DNA of 64,000 bases from Candidatus Spongiisociaceae bacterium (GTDB taxonomy: Bacteria > Actinomycetota > Acidimicrobiia > Spongiisociales > Spongiisociaceae). Under the pieces are notes generated by a model, which had not been told where the DNA came from, made no database searches, and saw only the letters and a list, made by a program, of their open reading frames with translations. The position numbers and the translations under genes are program-made. Positions 59,650 through 64,000 of the stretch are shown here, piece after piece. Location of the stretch: positions 2,176,001-2,240,000 of the forward strand of contig OZ241841.1 of NCBI GenBank assembly GCA_965202665.1, read 5' to 3'. The stretch's first letter is position 1, and the number at the start of each line of letters is the position of its first letter.

Positions 59650-62600
59650 CCGCCTCCCGCAGGCATTTTCCCCCTGTTTTCGCCACCAATCGAGCCGGGA
59701 CCGAAACCCGGGCGGGGGAGCGGGTGGCGGACGAGATCAACCGGTTGCTGTCCGGGATGCGTACCCAACTGGCCGACGCCCCCCGTCTGGCCATCGCCAC
59801 CGCTTTTCTAAATACGGGCGGATATGAACTGCTGGCCGACGAACTGGAGCAGGCCCCCCGGGTGCGCCTGCTGTTGGGGGCGGAACCGGACATTTCCGCC
59901 ACCCGGCCCGTCCTGCGGCGCATATCCAAAGAGCAGATCGGGGAAGCTCTGCGGCGGCACGAGCAGTGGCTGGCCTCCGAACGGGATTTGACCGGTTTCA
60001 CCCGGGAGGCCGACCGAGCCGCCCGGCGGATGGTGAAATGGCTGCAGGCTAAAACCGAAGCGGGGGAGCGGCGGGTGGAAGTGCGCCGGTACGCGGACGG
60101 GTTTTTGCACGGCAAAGCGTTCATCACCGAGCATCCCAGCTTGCCGGCGGTGCTGGCCGGGTCGTCCAACTTCACATACGCCGGGCTGGCGTCCAACGCC
60201 GAACTCAACCTGGGATACCCGTCCGGGGAGCACACCCATCTGGTGCAGGAATGGTTCAACGAACTGTGGGAACACTCCGCCCCCTACCGGTTGGACGAGT
60301 TGTACGCCGCCCGCTGGGAACCGCACGCCCCATGGCTGATTTTCCTGCGGATGCTGTGGGAACTGTACGGCGGGCATTTTGACGAAGACGACGACCTCCG
60401 GGCCCGCACCGAACTGGGACTGACCGGTTTCCAGCGGGAAGGGGTGGCCCGCATGTTGCGCATTTTGGAGGAGCACGGCGGGGTGATCGTGGCCGACGAA
60501 GTCGGTTTGGGGAAAACGTTTATGGCCGGTGAGGTGATCAAACGGGCCGCTTCCGTCAGCCGCCAGCAGGTGCTGGTCATCGCCCCCGCCGCCCTCAAAG
60601 CCGGAATGTGGGAGCCGTTTCTGAAACAATACGATTTTCCCCGCCGGGTGGAAGTGATGTCCTACGAAGAGTTCCGCAACCGCTGGGGGGACGCGGAACG
60701 GGAAGCAATGCGCAGCCAGTTGGACGAATACGCCCTGGTGGTGGTGGACGAAGCCCACAATTTGCGCAATCCGAACGCCCAGCGCACCGAAGCGGTCAAC
60801 GCCCTGGTGGGCGGCTCCCATCCCAAACGGCTGATGTTGCTCACCGCCACCCCGGTCAACAACACCCTGTTCGACCTTCATTCCCTGGTGTCGCTGTTCA
60901 TCCGCAACGACGCAGCTTTCGCAGCCCGGGGCATCCCCTCCATCTACCAATACATAAAAACCGCCGAAGAAATGGATCAGGACGCCCTTTCCCACGAGCA
61001 CCTGTTCGACCTGTTGGATCAGGTGGCGGTGCGCCGCACCCGCCGTTTTGTCAAAAAGCACTATCGGGGCGAAAAGATCAAAGACCACCGGGGCGAGGAG
61101 AAAACCATCCAGTTCCCCCAGCCGGAGTTGAAAAGACTGGACTACGACCTTGACCAGGCGGGTCTGGAGTTGGTGGAAGCGGTCGTTTACGCGTTGGAGA
61201 ACTCCGAAGAGGACGCCCTCCGCTACGAGGAACGCCAGCGCGATCCGGACCGGTTGATGCTGGCCCGTTACACCTCCGGGGCCTACCACATGGAAGCGAA
61301 CCACGAATTCGACTATCAGGTGTCCAACGCCGGGTTGCTCCGCTCCACCCTGCTGAAAAGGCTGGAATCATCCCCCATCGCTTTGGCCAACACTTTGGGG
61401 AGAATGGTTGAATCCCATCGGGCTTTCCTGGAGGCGTTGGCGGAAGGCTGGGTGCTGGCGGGTGAAGCCCTGCGGGAATGGACCTCCTCCGATGCGGAAG
61501 ACTTCGACGAGTTTCTGGAAGGGTTGGACGACCGCGCCTCCGCCGGGGCGGACCCCGTCGACCGCTATCACGTAGCAGAATTGCGAGAAGACGTGGAAAG
61601 CGACTTGGAAATGCTGGGCCGGTTGCGGGAGCGGGTCGGGGAGGCGGCGGACGGGCCCAACCCCAAATTGGACAAGTTGCTGGAAAGGCTGGGGGAGATC
61701 GCCGCCGAAGCCTGTTTGGTCAGCCGGGACGGGGTCAGTTCGGGGAACCGGCGCAAAACCATCGTTTTCTCCAGTTTCGCCGACACCATTAAGTCGGTGG
61801 CCGAAAAGGTGTCGGTGCGGGTGGTGAACTGCGCCGACGACGATCCGCTGGCCGACTTCCGGCAACGGATAGCGAAGCCGGTGTTCGGGGCCAAAAGGGG
61901 ATTCAATCCGGAAACGCGGGCCCGCATTATCGCCGGGTTCGCCCCCGAAACGGCGGGCGGGAGCAAAGGGGGCGAAGATAAATACGACCTGCTGTTCACC
62001 ACCGACATCCTGTCGGAAGGGGTGAACCTGCAACAGGCGGGGCGGATCATCAACTACGACCTGCCTTGGAATCCGATGCGGGTGGTGCAACGGCACGGGC
62101 GCATCGACCGGATCGGTTCTCTGCACAGCCGGGTGTTCATCGACTGCTTCTTCCCTTCCGCCCATCTGGACCGGCTGCTGGGGCTGGAGGCGAGGCTGCG
62201 CCGCAAACTGGCTTTGGCGGACGCGGCGGTGGGAACCGGGCAGGTGTTGCCCGGATTCGAATCGGGCGACGCGAAAGTGTTCAGCGACATTGAACGGTTG
62301 CGGTGGGAAGACGCCGGTTTTCTGGAAGAACGGGGAGGGGCGGCGGCCCTGTCCGGCGAAGAATACCGGCGGCGGTTGCGGGCGGCCGCCGCCCACGCCT
62401 CGGCCGAAATGGAACAAGCGCGGGCGTTGCCCTACGGCTCCGGCTCCGGTTTCATCAACCCCCGTTTCGCCGGCTCCGGGTACGTGTTCTGCATCCGGGT
62501 GGGGGAGGGGGGAGGCCACCCGCCCCGGTTCCGGTTTGTTCCCGTCGACGGCGACTGGGGTCCCCTCCTGGACGGCGACGACCGGCCGGTTGTGAAATCG

Positions 62601-63074
62601 GATACGCTGACCGCGCTGGTGGCCGCCGACCCGGGGGATGAAACCGCCGCCCGGGAATTATCCGAGGTGGCCTACGACCGGGCTTTCGACGCCTGGGAGG
62701 CGGCCCGGGAGGACGTATACCGGGAGTGGATGCGCCTCACCGATCCCAGCAACCTGCGTCCCGACGTCCCCAAGGCGTTGCGGGAAGCCACCGAGATGGT
62801 GCACAAACATGGGGATGTCCTGACTACGGAAGACAGGGATGATCTGGTGAAACGGCTCAACACCCGCCCCAGCCGCCGCATAGTGAAAACCATCCGGGAG
62901 CTGGTCAGATCCGAGGAGGAGGCGCCGGCCGCCAAAATCCGGCGGTTGCGCCAGTTGGTGGAAGAAGCCGGCTTGCAACCCCCTGAAATCCCCGACCCCC
63001 TGCCGGAAATCACCCGGGACGACATCCACCTGGTGGCATGGACCGCCGTCAACGTCCCGGCCAAGTACAGTTAG
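59646..63074 (+). CDS. SNF2-type helicase with N-terminal PLD-like nuclease domain
   Basis: LHGKAFI...GSSNFT...NAELN; ADEVGLGKT, DEAH, LTATP, SEGVNLQ, QRHGRIDRIG; GTGA overlap with the upstream gene. Confidence 0.92.
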   Translation: MTASRRHFPPVFATNRAGTETRAGERVADEINRLLSGMRTQLADAPRLAIATAFLNTGGYELLADELEQAPRVRLLLGAEPDISATRPVLRRISKEQIGEALRRHEQWLASERDLTGFTREADRAARRMVKWLQAKTEAGERRVEVRRYADGFLHGKAFITEHPSLPAVLAGSSNFTYAGLASNAELNLGYPSGEHTHLVQEWFNELWEHSAPYRLDELYAARWEPHAPWLIFLRMLWELYGGHFDEDDDLRARTELGLTGFQREGVARMLRILEEHGGVIVADEVGLGKTFMAGEVIKRAASVSRQQVLVIAPAALKAGMWEPFLKQYDFPRRVEVMSYEEFRNRWGDAEREAMRSQLDEYALVVVDEAHNLRNPNAQRTEAVNALVGGSHPKRLMLLTATPVNNTLFDLHSLVSLFIRNDAAFAARGIPSIYQYIKTAEEMDQDALSHEHLFDLLDQVAVRRTRRFVKKHYRGEKIKDHRGEEKTIQFPQPELKRLDYDLDQAGLELVEAVVYALENSEEDALRYEERQRDPDRLMLARYTSGAYHMEANHEFDYQVSNAGLLRSTLLKRLESSPIALANTLGRMVESHRAFLEALAEGWVLAGEALREWTSSDAEDFDEFLEGLDDRASAGADPVDRYHVAELREDVESDLEMLGRLRERVGEAADGPNPKLDKLLERLGEIAAEACLVSRDGVSSGNRRKTIVFSSFADTIKSVAEKVSVRVVNCADDDPLADFRQRIAKPVFGAKRGFNPETRARIIAGFAPETAGGSKGGEDKYDLLFTTDILSEGVNLQQAGRIINYDLPWNPMRVVQRHGRIDRIGSLHSRVFIDCFFPSAHLDRLLGLEARLRRKLALADAAVGTGQVLPGFESGDAKVFSDIERLRWEDAGFLEERGGAAALSGEEYRRRLRAAAAHASAEMEQARALPYGSGSGFINPRFAGSGYVFCIRVGEGGGHPPRFRFVPVDGDWGPLLDGDDRPVVKSDTLTALVAADPGDETAARELSEVAYDRAFDAWEAAREDVYREWMRLTDPSNLRPDVPKALREATEMVHKHGDVLTTEDRDDLVKRLNTRPSRRIVKTIRELVRSEEEAPAAKIRRLRQLVEEAGLQPPEIPDPLPEITRDDIHLVAWTAVNVPAKYS

Positions 63075-63156
63075 GGGCGGCCGCCGGGGGATGACCGACT
63101 CGGAAATCCGGGCGGACGCCGAACTAGCCGCCGCCGTTGCACGGGCGGGGTAGATA

Positions 63157-63651
63157 ATGGGGTGGATAATGATGTCGCAGGACGACCGGATACGACTCCC
63201 GGACGGGCGGGTAGCGGACGCTACCGGATGGCGGGCGGACATGGAACCGGTTCCGAACCGACCGGGCCGGGTGTCGTTGCTCGTTTCCCGTCCGCAGGAC
63301 GGCGACCCCGTTCGTTACCGAATCATCCGAGCGGACGACCAGGACGGGGAATCATTCCAGGCGTCGGCGGCGGAATCATTAGCCGACCGGATCGCCGCCG
63401 GTCGGATAGACGACATAGTTCGTATACGAACCGCCGGGCGCCCTGGTCGTCCCCGAACGGCCAGCGGCCTGCGCCTGGAAACCCTGGATGACCGGGATGG
63501 CGTCATCCGCATCCCCGCCCTCCGAATCACCGACCGAATCCGCCACCGGCGGGAACGACCGGCGGGCGTCCGCCCAGAACGGCGGGACCCGAGCCGGGCG
63601 GAACGCCGTAACATTAGGCGGGTAATCCGGCAAACCCGGCGGGGCAGATAA
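63157..63651 (+). CDS. Hypothetical Arg-rich protein, atypical composition
   Basis: 164-aa ORF; start uncertain; no motif recognised. Confidence 0.35.
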   Translation: MGWIMMSQDDRIRLPDGRVADATGWRADMEPVPNRPGRVSLLVSRPQDGDPVRYRIIRADDQDGESFQASAAESLADRIAAGRIDDIVRIRTAGRPGRPRTASGLRLETLDDRDGVIRIPALRITDRIRHRRERPAGVRPERRDPSRAERRNIRRVIRQTRRGR

Positions 63652-63755
63652 TCAACATCAACAACCAAAACCCGTCACCAACCTCCCGGCCAAGTACAGG
63701 CAACCCCTACGCCCCCCTCAAATCCGAAGAGCCGCTAAAGACCGTAAGGCATGCG

Positions 63756-64000
63756 TTAACAGGTTCGGAGAGCCTTTACGGCGTCGGTTCCTTCGATAAA
63801 GTCGCCGTTCAGGTAGTCGCGGTACCCTTCAAACAAGGCTCCCATCGCCTCGGGATCCTGCAGGATGGAGAGGGTTTCTTCCAAAGATTCCATGTCTTCC
63901 CGCTCTTGGGCAGTCAGGCCGTTGACGCTACGCGCTTGCAATTCTGCGAGGGCGGCCTGCAGAGAGGCGATCTCCTGCGGGTCGCTCAACTTGCCGTTGT
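63756..64000 (-). CDS. Orphan antitoxin-like protein, paralog of 55044-55358 (5' end probably beyond window)
   Basis: LAELQARSVNGL...ESLEETLSILQDPEAMGALFEGYRDYLNG. Confidence 0.65.
   Translation of the reverse strand, partial: NGKLSDPQEIASLQAALAELQARSVNGLTAQEREDMESLEETLSILQDPEAMGALFEGYRDYLNGDFIEGTDAVKALRTC

Overview
High-GC bacterial window, most consistent with an actinobacterium. The tig-clpP-clpX-valS order, PPOX-class oxidoreductases and giant SLH-anchored repeat proteins with plant-type LRRs suggest a host-associated Acidimicrobiia-like organism (inference). Contents in order: (1) the 3' part of a giant Calx-beta-like/LRR/SLH surface protein; (2) a catabolic cluster (E1 alpha/beta, stand-alone lipoyl carrier, SDR, RraA-type aldolase, two aminotransferases, two PPOX-class proteins, peptide ABC transporter, amidohydrolase), interrupted by an islet of five tandem mosaic 108-aa genes and a HIRAN gene; (3) an accessory island with an Rnl2-like RNA ligase, a Phd/YefM antitoxin with a truncated RelE toxin, and a low-GC type IIG R-M gene; (4) tRNA-Arg, tRNA-His, tig-clpP-clpX-valS, tRNA-Ser; (5) a ~4,455-aa surface protein with a poly-G tract in its putative promoter spacer; (6) an Eco57I-like adenine MTase plus a PLD-SNF2 helicase. 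Two observations stand out. First, a 10-bp tandem repeat in the MTase is followed by two homologous 18-codon segments in different reading frames and an ATGA stop/start overlap, a candidate three-state specificity switch. Second, about ten small genes, including the five-copy array, share an antitoxin-like helix motif while no intact toxin is visible. All calls are by eye from motifs; no searches were run.
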